A stretch of DNA of 64,000 nt from Octopus sinensis (Eukaryota). How positions within the stretch are numbered: position 1 is the stretch's first letter; every line of letters begins with the position of its first letter. The position numbers and the translations under genes were made by a program. A model generated the notes under the pieces. That model had not been told where the DNA came from, made no database searches, and saw nothing but the letters and a program-made list of their open reading frames with translations. The stretch covers positions 94,674,001 through 94,738,000 of the forward strand of contig NC_043006.1 in assembly GCF_006345805.1 (NCBI RefSeq), read 5' to 3'. This document shows positions 1 to 11,540 of the stretch, one piece after another.

Positions 1-185
1 AAAATAAACAAAAGACGAAGGCAGGTGGTGTACAAAACAAATAGATGTATTATTATAGCGCTCAAGAATAGAAAAAGTCTTTTACGTTTCGAGCCTGCGC
101 TCTTCTACAGAAAGGTACACAGAAAAAGCAAGGAGAGAAACAAGGAGAGAAACAAGGAGAGAAAAGAATGTGTGTAGTGGCTAAC
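1..185 (-). mobile_element. Short interspersed HHR-bearing repeat (solo PLE pseudo-LTR-like), truncated by window edge
   Basis: Reverse complement aligns by eye with 23580-23757 (ccactacacacatt...cctttctgtagaagagcg.aggctcgaaacgtaaaa...cacctgtcttcgtc). Contains an HHR-like motif at 79-114 (CTGTAGA-A-GAGC/GCTC-GAAACGTA). Confidence 0.65.
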
Positions 186-312
186 GATATAATATTATGC
201 AGGTATACGTTAGAGATGTTTAAACCCTTTAAGGGATAGATGTATCCAAAGGCTCCCTAGCGCAAAAGACATACTTCTTATTGTTATTTTCCTCTATTTT
301 CTTATCGTCTAT

Positions 313-375
<63 letters not shown>

Positions 376-483
376 AAGAATTCAGGGTGAATACTTAATA
401 ACTGTAAGCACCTGTATATGCCAGTTAGTGGTGTGGGTGATAGGGTATATTTATCAAAAGAAAAACAGGATGCAAAGGATTTA

Positions 484-570
484 GCGGTACATATGTTTCT
501 GGCTTTATTGGACAGTTTATATCAATGCATAATTGATGTAACATGTATGCCAATAGCCTTCTTCAGCCGC
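484..570 (-). ncRNA. Type I hammerhead ribozyme motif
   Basis: Minus strand reads GCGG-CTGAAGA-A-GGC...GCC-A-GAAAC-ATAT-GTA-CCGC. Helix I GCGG/CCGC, helix II GGC/GCC, palindromic helix III (ACATATGT), GUA cleavage triplet. Confidence 0.65.
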
Positions 571-878
571 GCACAATTACCACCCCAAAGACATGTGTTA
601 CGTTATGGCAGGTTTGATAAGAAGTTTGGGAAAAAGACGAGTTTCGTAGGGGATGCAAACTCTCATAGTTGTATATAGCAGAGCGAGAAACCAAAACAAA
701 ACGTCCATATCGTTTTTTCATTCGATATAGAATGAGGAGGTTGGTTGTTGAGTTTTCCCACACTTCTTATCAAACCTGCCATAATGTAACACATGTCTTT
801 GGTGTGGTAATTGTGCGCGGCTGAAGAAGGCTATTGACATATATGTTACATCAATTATGCATTGATATAAACTGTCCA
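509..878. repeat. ~126-bp inverted repeat (509-634 / 753-878), PLE inverted-pLTR-like
   Basis: The arms are reverse complements with a few substitutions. The right arm is truncated at (TA)n. The minus-strand spacer translation ends in ...YESLHPLRN, weakly like the end of a PLE GIY-YIG domain. Confidence 0.85.
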
Positions 879-908
879 TATATATATATATACATACATG
901 AATATATG

Positions 909-942
<34 letters not shown>

Positions 943-2314
943 ATATGAGATAGATACACACACACACACTCAAACACACATACACATATATATATACATT
1001 TATGATTTCACCTTCCTTGCAAAGTCTACGAAGGCGCTCGTTTGATATTAATATATTGTACAGTAATGCAGTAACTTTAATGTAATATGTGGTAAATGAA
1101 GTGAAGCTTGATAACAAATCAATTTAGTTATATTTAGAGTAACTCACACAGACACAAATACCCACCCCAACACCACCACGTACACACCCACAAACTTGTT
1201 TTTCATACACACTCACACACACGCGGACACACACACACTCACACGCACGCACACATATATGAATTGCAAATACCGTACGTATTTTGCATTCATGTTGTAA
1301 ATGAATGAAATTATATACCCTAACAGGAACCATAATCTTCCGAATAGTGCCGTTTGTAGATGTGTCTATCTGTCTATCTCTGTAAGTTTGTATACACACA
1401 CAAACACACACGCACACACAGACATACTCAAACACACATAGACAGACACACACATACGCAGACAGACACATGCACAGACACACGGCACACATATTTGCTT
1501 CGGCATGGCAATTTACTCGCGCACCACTGAAATATATTTATTGATTTCTAATGAAGCATGCAAAGCTTTCAAGTCTGCTCCGAGTTTTCTTTCTGGATAT
1601 CTAGTGCTGAAGAGAGGTAAAGTGCTTGAAATGAATCTTTCATATTAACAAGGACGCTCTGTGTTCACTATGGAGTTTTAAAGCGAGAATATTTCTCTGA
1701 ATATTTTTCTGAACGGCACACTTTTGCAGATGTTTTCAAAATTATCTTAACTGATCTAAAGTTATATGTATGTGTGTGTGTGTGTATATGTGTGTGTATA
1801 TGTGTGCGTGTGTGTGTTTGTGTGTGAGTATGTGCGTATGTGTATATGTGTGTTTTTGGGTGTGCTTGTGTGTATACGAGTACGAATATATCAGGTGGTC
1901 AATATGGGACAAGGATACGTTCCAATATTCATTTTTTGCGTTGTGTTCAAATTCTGCTGTGATCCTCCTTGATTTTCACCAATTCTAGTCTTACCAATTC
2001 AGAACCGATACGGTCTTCTTTTCTTCCAGCCGTCACATCCTACATATTTAGCTGAACAAATGATAGGTGAAGCAAGAATTTAAACTTAATTGCCTCCTCG
2101 CGACTATACAGGTTTTTAAAACAATTAGCAAAGGCATGGGATCGATTCTTTTCTACTGTAGGCACAATGCCCGAAATTGTTTGGTGTGGGAAGGGGCCAG
2201 TCGATCAGATCGATCCCAGTAGCAACTCGTACTCAATTTATCGACATCGAAAGGATAAAAGTCAAAGTCGACCTCCACCGAATTTGAACTCTGACAGTAA
2301 AGACATACGAAATA

Positions 2315-3506
2315 CGAGGGACGTTCAATACGTAATGCCCCTGACCCACTTTCCATAGCAGTAGAGCAACGAAACTTGGCACAGTTATTAGTCTTTTTCT
2401 ACATAGGAACCACACAGAGTTACGCATTTCTCCCATCGTTTGATGCAGCTCTGGAGACCGTTTTTGTAGAAGACCCCAGCCTGGTCCTCCAACCACGACA
2501 TGACTTCAGAAATCAAGGCTGCATCATCTGGGAAACGCTCTTCTTTCAAAAACAACCTCATGGCTGCGAAGAGGTGAAAATCAGAGGGTGCAAGGTCAAG
2601 AAAGGGGATGGGGGAGGAGTTCATAGCCACACGCCTCTGCTTCTGATCTGGCGACACGCGAGTTATGGACCGGAGCGTTCTCCTGCAGGAGGAAGATGCC
2701 TTTGCTGATCTTGCCCACCTCTTGATTTTTATAGCTTCTATTAATTTCCTCAAAAGTGAAGCATAATAGGCTCCTGAAATTGTGGTACCCTTTGCCAGGA
2801 AATCTGTCATCACTACTCCGTCCTGGTCCCAGAAGACTGTGAGCATGACCTTGCCAGCGGAGAGCTGCACCCTTGCCTTCTTTGGAGGAGGTGAATCACG
2901 GTGCTTCCACTGCATTAACTGGGCTTTGGTCTCTGGATCATCGTGATGGACCCAGGTTTCATCCTGTGCAATCAGTCTTTTGAAAAATTTTGACTCATTT
3001 TCTTGGCACATCTCCAAATTCATTCTCGAGCACTGGACGCGTTCTTGCTTCTGGAAAGGTGTGAGCAACCTGGGAATCCATCTGGCGGACACCTTTTGCA
3101 TATGCAAATGGTCATGAATGACAGTTTCCACCGACCCGTTGCTAATCTTGACCTCATGGGCTATTTGGCGAATAGTTATGCGTCGATCTTCCAAAATGGC
3201 AGCCTCAGCTTGACGGACAGATGCCTCATCACTGGCATGAGGGGGACGACCAGATTTGGGAGCTGTTTCCACAGAGTTCCGACCATGTTTTAATTCACGA
3301 TGCCAGCCTTTTACAAGGTGAAATGATGGGCATCATCACCATAAGTTACTTTCATTTCATCATAAGTCTTCCGTGGTGTGCGTCGTTTTAAATACAAAAA
3401 CCGGATCACTGCTCGACACTCAACATGCTCCATTTCACACTTGACTCAGTTCAAACACCTTGCAATTGCAAGTGGGTCAGGGGCATTACTTATTGAACGT
3501 CCCTCG
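2315..3506 (-). mobile_element. Mariner (Tc1/mariner, D,D34D) DNA transposon, decayed copy 1
   Basis: TIRs cgagggacgttcaata(c/a)gtaatgcccctgac at both ends, TA TSDs at 2313-2314 and 3507-3508, internal transposase. Carries a ~100-bp deletion in the 5' non-coding part relative to copy 2. Confidence 0.97.
2388..3433 (-). pseudogene. Mariner transposase pseudogene
   Basis: ORF 2388-3272 has WIPRLL, QDETWVHH and DLAPSDFHLF motifs. The ATG at 3433 is out of frame. The second catalytic region is frameshifted with compensation, and reads QEN instead of QDN in the restored frame. Confidence 0.93.
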
Positions 3507-4000
3507 TACCGCTAAGCATTTTAGTGTTAAGGTTTCTGCCACGTCACATCCTTACAGTCATGGGATACATTATCAAGTCACACACGCCTGGGAGTGACTG
3601 ATATCGTAGTAGCCACGCATATGTGTATGATATACATATGTACCTATTTATGTATACATACACACATACAACCACCCCATCATACACATACACATATGCT
3701 AAACTATTAAATCCCCGCCAACATTTTTTTCTTTCCGAATTCTCCCAGAATTCTTTGTAATATTATATAAAAAGTAGACATCACTGCTCAACTATATGTT
3801 ATTAGAGGTTGAAATAGCCTCATGAAGGGATTATGATACCCAACGAATTACTGGTTATTGCCTAGTATTTTTAGTTAATAATAATATTCATAAAAGAATA
3901 GGTCCAAATATAAATCTTGGTTTATAAATATTCAAAAGAAAATTTAGGAAATGAAATGTAGCATTAATGTAATTTATTATCTGCAAAAATTACAACATAT

Positions 4001-4079
4001 CCTTTTACAGCTGTTTCAATTTTGCCTAAAAGATTAAATAATAATAATTGAACTGCTGTATTAGGAAAAATTTCATTAG
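4001..4079 (-). ncRNA. Degenerate hammerhead motif (core CTAATGA, probably inactive)
   Basis: Minus strand reads CTAATGA-AATTTT...AAAATT-GAAAC-AGCT-GTA. Helix II is perfect and helix III palindromic, but the core has G5A and helix I is lost at (TA)n. Confidence 0.45.
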
Positions 4080-4091
4080 TATGATATATAT

Positions 4092-4137
<46 letters not shown>

Positions 4138-4143
4138 ATATAC

Positions 4144-4175
<32 letters not shown>

Positions 4176-4669
4176 CACCACACACACACATACGGTCTCT
4201 CGGACATTTTCTGTCTACTGCAGTGAGACTCAATCCAAAAATCCTGTCGTTTCAAACAAGATTCTTAAATTCACCAATTATGCAGCACATTTACTATACT
4301 AGTGCACTTGTTTAAGCTATATTTATACCATATCAAAGATTTACATTTTAAAACTTTAAAATATTCCCTGACAAAATAACTTCCACATCATAAACTAAAT
4401 TAATTTTTGGATTACAATTAATAATCATGTAATTATTGTATAGTTGACAATACCTTCTTTCGAGGAATGAAATCAGTTGCAAGGGATTTTTAAAAGTTTA
4501 AAAGTATAATCGGAATTTTTACCTTTCTATTCTATTTAGAATACTGTCCTAAACATTTGCTTTAGCTAATTTTCAAATTTATGCTAAAACATACCAGCCG
4601 TGGCTATTGAAAGGAAGTAATAATACATTGGAGTTAAGGAATCGGGCATTACAATACTGTGGATGCTTT

Positions 4670-4862
4670 CTTTCTAGTGATTCGGCACTAATACATTATA
4701 TGTATACATGTATGTATGTGTATATGTATATATACGTGTGTGTATATATATATATGTATATATACGTATACATGTGTGTACATATATATATTTATACACA
4801 CACATATATATATAAGTGAATATATATATATATATACATGTAGATATGTATACATATGTATG

Positions 4863-4901
<39 letters not shown>

Positions 4902-4970
4902 ACACACTCATATATAAATGTGTACATATATATATAATATATACATACATATATATATATTATATATATT

Positions 4971-5005
<35 letters not shown>

Positions 5006-5139
5006 TATATGCATATATATATATTATATATATATATATGCATATATATTATATATATATTATATATATATATATAAATATATATGCATATATATATATA
5101 TATTTATAAATATAATATATATATGCATATATATTATAT

Positions 5140-5222
<83 letters not shown>
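4670..5222. repeat. Compound (TA)n/(TG)n microsatellite, representative of dozens in the window
   Basis: Direct inspection. These arrays are the source of the YI/IY-rich spurious ORFs. Confidence 0.98.
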
Positions 5223-5226
<4 letters not shown>

Positions 5227-5602
5227 GTGGGGGATATCTCATTAACGAAAGCCAAATGATATTTCATGTTCTGTTGAAAATATCCATTGAAACACATGTA
5301 AGCGTATCTCTAATTTACTTCTACAATAGCAGCGCACCAAAAGGCAAAACTTGTTAATAAATTGATAATCATTAGCAGGTCGGTGTTTAAAGGAAATGAA
5401 AGTATGGCTGTAGAGAGAAAGCGGTAGTAATAAAAACTACATCCACACAGAAACGCGCACGTGCACACGCACACACACACACACACACACACACGCACAA
5501 ACGCACACAAGCCTATACTTGTACATGCGCATGCGTGTGGGTATTTGTGTGTATTTGCGTGCGTACGTGCGTGTGTGTGAGTATGATTTTAAGTCGCAGT
5601 AA

Positions 5603-5636
<34 letters not shown>

Positions 5637-7204
5637 GCATATATATATATACATACACACATATATATATATACATATATATATATATGAATATGTATAT
5701 ATATGAATATATGCACACATATATATATACACGTAATAGTTTTGTAATTTGTAATATGTAATATACATGTAATACATAGGTACATATTTACAGAAATATA
5801 TTTATATACATACGTATATATATAAAACACGTGTAATAAACGATGTAATATAATGAATACATAATATACGTATATATTCAGTTATATATGTAAATTCAAG
5901 CACATACACACATAAATATCTATATATCTGCGTGTGTGTTTATACGCGTCTATATGAACCTATCTGGATATGTTTGTACATGTATTTATATATGTGTGAA
6001 TGTATATATGAGTGTGTGCCTACAGAGAGAAAGAGAGAAAGAAGGTGTGTGAGAGAGAGAGAGAGAGAGGGCGCGGTGGAGTACATTCGCCATTTTCTCT
6101 TTCATATCACAATAATGATGAAAAACTACCCTAAAAGTCAAACATAAATACGGACAAAACCAAACAGTGGAACAAAATTCCGAACATCTTTGGAACAACA
6201 GTAGCATAGTTGCAAGATTATCAATACCAGCAAGCAAAAAAATATAAAGAATAAAACATGTAACGAAAATAAAGAATGCAGGAAATATACATAAATAATT
6301 AGAATAAACGAAATAAATAAAAATAATTTAGAGAGGCATAAAAATATAAATAAATAGAGAAATGCGGGAAACAAACCACTTTTCCAAAACTCGATTGGAT
6401 GTTGCCCGCAACCAAAGAACAACAATTTACAAAACATTCATTCTTTTTTTATATATATTGTTTTCACTGCCGTAACCATCTTATTCAGACTAGAAAATAG
6501 CCGAAAAAATACATTGTACATATGTATAATTGCTAGTACAATAGAAGAACAAAAATAATCGCTAAATATGCTTTACAGACTTGTAAGCAATTACAATTTT
6601 GTAAGGAGCGTAGTCAATTAATTAACTTATATGCATTATTACAGGTTGATCAAATAGTTACTGCTCAGGTATCCTGAAGGTACTTTCTACATAAGAATTA
6701 ATAACGTATATATACATGTATGCATATATATGTGTATGAACTTGTAAGTCGTTACGTAGGAATGTTTCTGTAATTATGTATGCGTGTATGCAGAGGTGAA
6801 TATACCTGTGTGAATAGAGGTGTGTGTTTGTGTGTGCGCGTGTGTGTGCATGCGAGCGCATATATGTGTATGTATATTTCTTGTATATCATTACATGTAT
6901 ATACACTTGAGATTGTTTACGTGTGAGAGCATACATACATACATACGTGTACGCTATCTCATATTTCATTCGGAATTCTATTCCTATATATAGATTCGTA
7001 AACCAAGTTGCGCTGTACAAGACTTTTTCTGCTTATATCCTTTATCTTTTGTTCTCTCTCTCTCTCTCTCTTTCACTCTCTTGCTTTCTGAGTGTATCTA
7101 TGTTCGTCTATATATTTCTGTTCGTGCATATGCGTGTGGGAACTGCAACAATCCCACCGAAAACCGAATGAAATATGATATAGTGTGCACGTACACACAC
7201 AACA

Positions 7205-7274
<70 letters not shown>

Positions 7275-7479
7275 TCCTACTTTGCCCCCTTCTTTTAGGC
7301 TAGATTCTGCGAAATGCAATATTTCTCAAATAATTTGATAGATTTTTCTAAAAGATAGTTACTTGAATCCGCAACAAACTTTCTAACAAATCTTAGGCGA
7401 TTCTTTTTAACCGAATGAAGGGTCCATTACTTTTAAACTGTTTAGCTTTCATGCATGTATTTTTTCTTTTTGTGTTTTT

Positions 7480-7900
7480 TTTAATTGAGTTAATTTTGAC
7501 CGGATATCTGCTTGGTAGAAAGGTTGTGAAGGGAAGCATCGTGTTTTGATCATAATCCTTTAATCTTAAGAAGGTCTTTCAGATTTTATTCTCCCAGAAA
7601 TCATGGCATTTCTGGGAATGGATTCTCTCTAAGAATCCAATTTCAATCACACTTTGCGCAGGACGGGTTGGCATGTATCCTATTGTTCCAACAATAATAC
7701 ACATGAAACCGAAAGTGTATTTTGAGTCCCGGATTTCCAAACTCTTCATCAATGGTCGTTTTCTTTACTGCCGACATTTCTTTCCAGAGAAAAGCTGATT
7801 TCCACAACTGAGCATACTTTTTGTGGTCCAACATAAAAATATATGGCAGGACATGTTTAAACTTGGTGGCGGTTTTAAGTTTAAGTTCTACAAATAATCT
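7480..7900 (-). pseudogene. Possible highly degraded LINE (L1/Tx1-like) ORF2 C-terminal fragment
   Basis: Stop-riddled minus-strand translation with SCAKCD...W and LLKIKGL-like segments. Family assignment is weak. Confidence 0.25.
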
Positions 7901-8089
7901 TTTAGCCTAGTTGTCTAAACATCTTCAACGCCGTCTGTTGGTGTCTTCTCTCATTCCAATTGATTGTCTTCGACAGCCAGGGTCTCAATGAGACTGTTAG
8001 GACTGACTCATTTTATGCATCATGGGGAAATTTCACATTTTCTCGCAGTTGGCAATAATGTAGGCACAGCCTACATATAGAGAAATTTC

Positions 8090-8575
8090 AATACCTCCGA
8101 AGGTATTTTTCGATGTTGCTGTAGTTGTTGTTATTATTATTATTATTATTACCTGAACATTATTGTTATTCAGGTCACTGTCTGGAATCGAACTCGGAAT
8201 CTTGGGGTTAGTAGCCCGCGCTCTTAACCAGTACGCCATATGCTCGTGGGCAATTATGTAGTAATTTTTAGGGCTTATAAATCACCCGATAATTGCCCAC
8301 GAGTATATGGCGTAGTGGTTAAGAGCACGGACTACTAACCCCAAGACCCCTAGTTCGATTTAGTGATCTGAAAAAAAAAATAATAATGATAACAACAACA
8401 TCGAAAAATACCTTAGAAATGAGAACCCAGTTTCGAAATTTCCCCAAGATACCTGATGAAACCTGGAGGGTATATCAGCCGAAACGTTGTATTAACAACA
8501 AACAAGATGAGGACAAATATCCGTCAAACGTAAATAATGTACATAATTTCTCATCTCTTAAATATAGAACTCTAC
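8090..8575. mobile_element. Head-to-head pair of tRNA-head/hammerhead units (minus partial ~8090-8281, plus ~8290-8575)
   Basis: Both arms carry ataattgcccacgag(c/t)atatggcgta(g/c)tggttaagagc...ctactaacccc...gttcgatt (A box, anticodon arm, B box). The plus arm continues through an (AAT)n/A-rich linker into an HHR. Homologous to 41826-42132. Confidence 0.85.
8448..8493 (+). ncRNA. Minimal type I hammerhead motif
   Basis: GATAC-CTGATGA-A-(acctg...cagcc)-GAAAC-GTT-GTATT. Helix I is intact and helix III is the ACGT palindrome. The helix II 5' strand is mutated here but intact in the 42013 copy. Confidence 0.7.
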
Positions 8576-8605
8576 TTATATATATATATATATATATATC
8601 AGATA

Positions 8606-8830
8606 GGTGGAGGCGCAATGGCCTAGTGGTTAGGGCAGCGGACTCGCGGTCGTTGTGAGTGTTTATTGAGCGAAAACACCTAAAAGCTCCACGACGCTCC
8701 GGCAGGGGGTTATGATCCCTGCTGTACTCTTTCACCACTCTTTCTTCTGTTGGCCTGCTCGCTTAGCCAGCGGGGTGGCGTCATTCGAAGGCTAAAACAA
8801 TGCGAACGCATTGTGACCAGCGATGTGTCG
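8606..8830 (+). mobile_element. tRNA-derived SINE (ggaggcgcaatggcctagtggttagggcagcgg head family), B-box region deleted
   Basis: Same head and central domain as 23761 and 40451, but lacks the gcaggatcgcggtttcgattc segment. Confidence 0.85.
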
Positions 8831-9557
8831 GTCACGTGATATATATATATATATATATGTATAAATGTCTCTCTGTCTGTCTGTCTGTCAATCTGTCTAT
8901 GCGCTTTTATGTATGTATGTATGTATTCATGTATACATGCATGTGTTTTTACTTTATCCCTTTCAGATTGTCGTAGATACTGCTTGCCTTCATTACCAGT
9001 CAGTCCTCGATCAGTTAAATTAGAGGAAATGGAACATCTATTACTATAACTTCTCTGTTTTTATTGTCTTGTATAATGTTTCCTAGTCTCCGATGTTCAA
9101 CAATTCTGTCTGCATGTAAAAATTACATAAAATATTTTGTGTACCAGATTCATTTGAAAGTTTTTATGGTTGTACTTCTTGTCTCAAGAGATGAAGAAAC
9201 GCTTTTCACAGAGTGACCGACGCTGAAGATGTGCTACGGTGTCAGCTGTACACTACGAGTGAACTAAGGTAACACCTCTTATTTTTCGAGCACCTTCCGG
9301 AGTATTTCAGCGGTTCCAAGCTTTTTCATCGACCACAAATGCTTAGCCTCCTAAGCTAACCTGCCGACTTTTCTTTCTTCCTTATCGCATACCTTGTTGT
9401 GAGCTAGGCATGCTATATCTATGATCCAGCATAGTTTTCTTGGCATAGTCTTAATTGAGAAAGAAAGCAAACTATTATTATTATTATTATTATTATTTTA
9501 TTATTATTATTATATTATTATTATTATTATTATTTTATTATTATTATTTTATTATTA

Positions 9558-9611
<54 letters not shown>

Positions 9612-9639
9612 GTTATAGTTCTGCTGGTGCTGGTTCACT

Positions 9640-10090
9640 GTATGTCAATTTGTATCTCACAACCCTCGCTATCACGCGCCATTCTTACTCTTTGCTGTGC
9701 CAAGCTTTCGATAGAATCACAGAAATCATCGCGATATCCAACATCAACCATTGAAATTCCTTGCAAATATTCCAAAGGTTCCTCGTAAAATTGGGATAAT
9801 GATAAGTTTATGGCATTTCAAGATACTTTGATGTTCGTATTTCAGGTCCTGCTCTTTTTCTCTTTTCTTACGATAACTTTTTCTACCATTCTTATGTCAA
9901 ACGTGCAAGCAATATTATTCTTTAAGCAAAACACTATTCCTTTTTATTGAGTGCAACAATATCAGGGCATGAATGTTCTATTTACGTATCCGTTTGATGC
10001 TTAATATCCCAGAATTCCTTTACCCGGCCATTTTCTAGAATGTGTTCTGTTTTATGGTTGTACAATTTTTCCGTATGTTCAAATCCATAT
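9640..10090 (-). mobile_element. Degraded R4/Dong-type (RLE endonuclease) LINE 3' fragment
   Basis: Minus translation KLYNHKTEHILENGRVKEFWDIKHQTD..IEHSCPDIV...DLKYE...IIPILRGTFG matches the PD..D/E-type restriction-like endonuclease region. The 3' end lies next to a (TAA)n array at ~9474-9612. Confidence 0.7.
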
Positions 10091-10160
10091 TTTATTTATA
10101 TATTATTGATGTAGCAAAAACAGAAAAATAGCAAATTACTACTACAACCATAACCACCAT

Positions 10161-10193
<33 letters not shown>

Positions 10194-10301
10194 CACCGCC
10201 GCCGCCGCCGCCACCACCACCACTGCTGCCACCACCACCACCACCACACCACCACCACGACCACGACCACCACCACGACCACCACCACCACTACTACTAC
10301 A

Positions 10302-10334
<33 letters not shown>

Positions 10335-10339
10335 GCTAC

Positions 10340-10500
10340 TGCTGCTGCTGCAGTTTTTTCCGGCTCTTTACGTTCCATGTTCAGATTACACGGAATCAAA
10401 TTCGAATTTGACGTTCATCCTCTCTGAATCAAGCACGGGGATAAATGTAATCGACTTGGCCCCTTTCATCCAAAATTGCTGGCTTTGAAACCTGCAATTC
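10340..10500 (+). mobile_element. Degraded tRNA-derived SINE fragment
   Basis: ctctttacgttc.atgttcagatt...gttcatcc...atgtaatcgacttggccc...caaaattgctggc matches the SINE family split by the mariner at 2140-3560. Confidence 0.5.
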
Positions 10501-11471
10501 TCTGTTGAAGGGAAGTGTTGTGATCTCGGTCATTTATACGCAATGGAAAATAGGTAACAACCTAAATATCCGAGGGATGAATGCATCGGCTAAATATACG
10601 GCTAGTATTTTTTTTATCCCAAATAGAATTGGTGAGACTCGGACGCACATTTATATTCGAGTGAAATCAATTAGATTGAAACTGTTCACATTCTATTATT
10701 AGCCTTTCGTGTCTGATTTGGACAAATAGTATTCCTAAGTGTATTAGCCTGGTCTTTTGATTTACATAGTCTCTTTTTAACAACGTACTGTTAGATAGGG
10801 AAACGCCAGTTGAGGGACCTAAAGTGTTATGTAAAATTACACTCTCAACGTGAGAATAATAATGTAAGATTTACTGATAGACAAATACACATCTGAAGTA
10901 AAATCACTGAGATATGATGCATAAAAATATATCGGAATATAATGAAACCTAGGATTTATTATTATGTATTTCTAGATAAGGCGTTCGTGACTGTATTAGC
11001 TTGAATATTATTCTCCAAAACCTTTGTGACTTACTTAAATCGTACTGACAACAAATACACAATTACAATATTTCATTTTGGAAATGAAATTCTAAGCTTC
11101 ACGAAATTTAACACTAATTTTTAATTCTTTTATATGTTTCAGCCTTGAGGCTCTGGTCATGTGGGGCATCGTCATTGTAATCATCTTTTAATTGGCCAAT
11201 TTTATGGGTTTGGCTTATCGGTTTCGCTGATGAATTTATAAAAGAAGTTCATTTTTGGTCTGGGGGGTCGAAAGCATGTCTGGAGATTTTCCCTTGAAGT
11301 CATCTCTAAATATAATTTGTTATAGAGTTCAAAGAGAGGAAGGACGTTCTCTATTGTCTAAAAGAAATCTTTGTGGGCTCCGGCCAATGAGGTGGCTCAA
11401 AAACATTATTGAATGGCTTTTATGTCCACCTGTGACTGTGTATATATGTGTATTGTGTGAGTGAGCATATA

Positions 11472-11540
<69 letters not shown>

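Larger units (their letters stand above)
2140..3560 (-). mobile_element. tRNA-derived SINE split by the mariner insertion (pieces ~2140-2312 and ~3509-3560)
   Basis: Removing the mariner and one TA rejoins ...gacatacgaaa-TA-ccgctaagcatttt.... The reverse complement resembles the A-box/B-box SINE head also seen at 45640 and 61345 (ggcagaa...atgcttagcggtatttcgt...gagttcaaatt...ggtcgactttg). Confidence 0.65.

Noticed and set aside
3003-3293. Plus-strand ORF conserved with 28021-28344
   Set aside because: It is an antisense shadow of the mariner transposase; the conservation reflects the transposon copies.
8175-8250. Possible functional tRNA gene (ACT anticodon loop)
   Set aside because: There is no matching 3' acceptor strand and no long Ser variable arm. 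It recurs inside a repeated mobile unit, so it is a tRNA-derived head rather than a tRNA gene.
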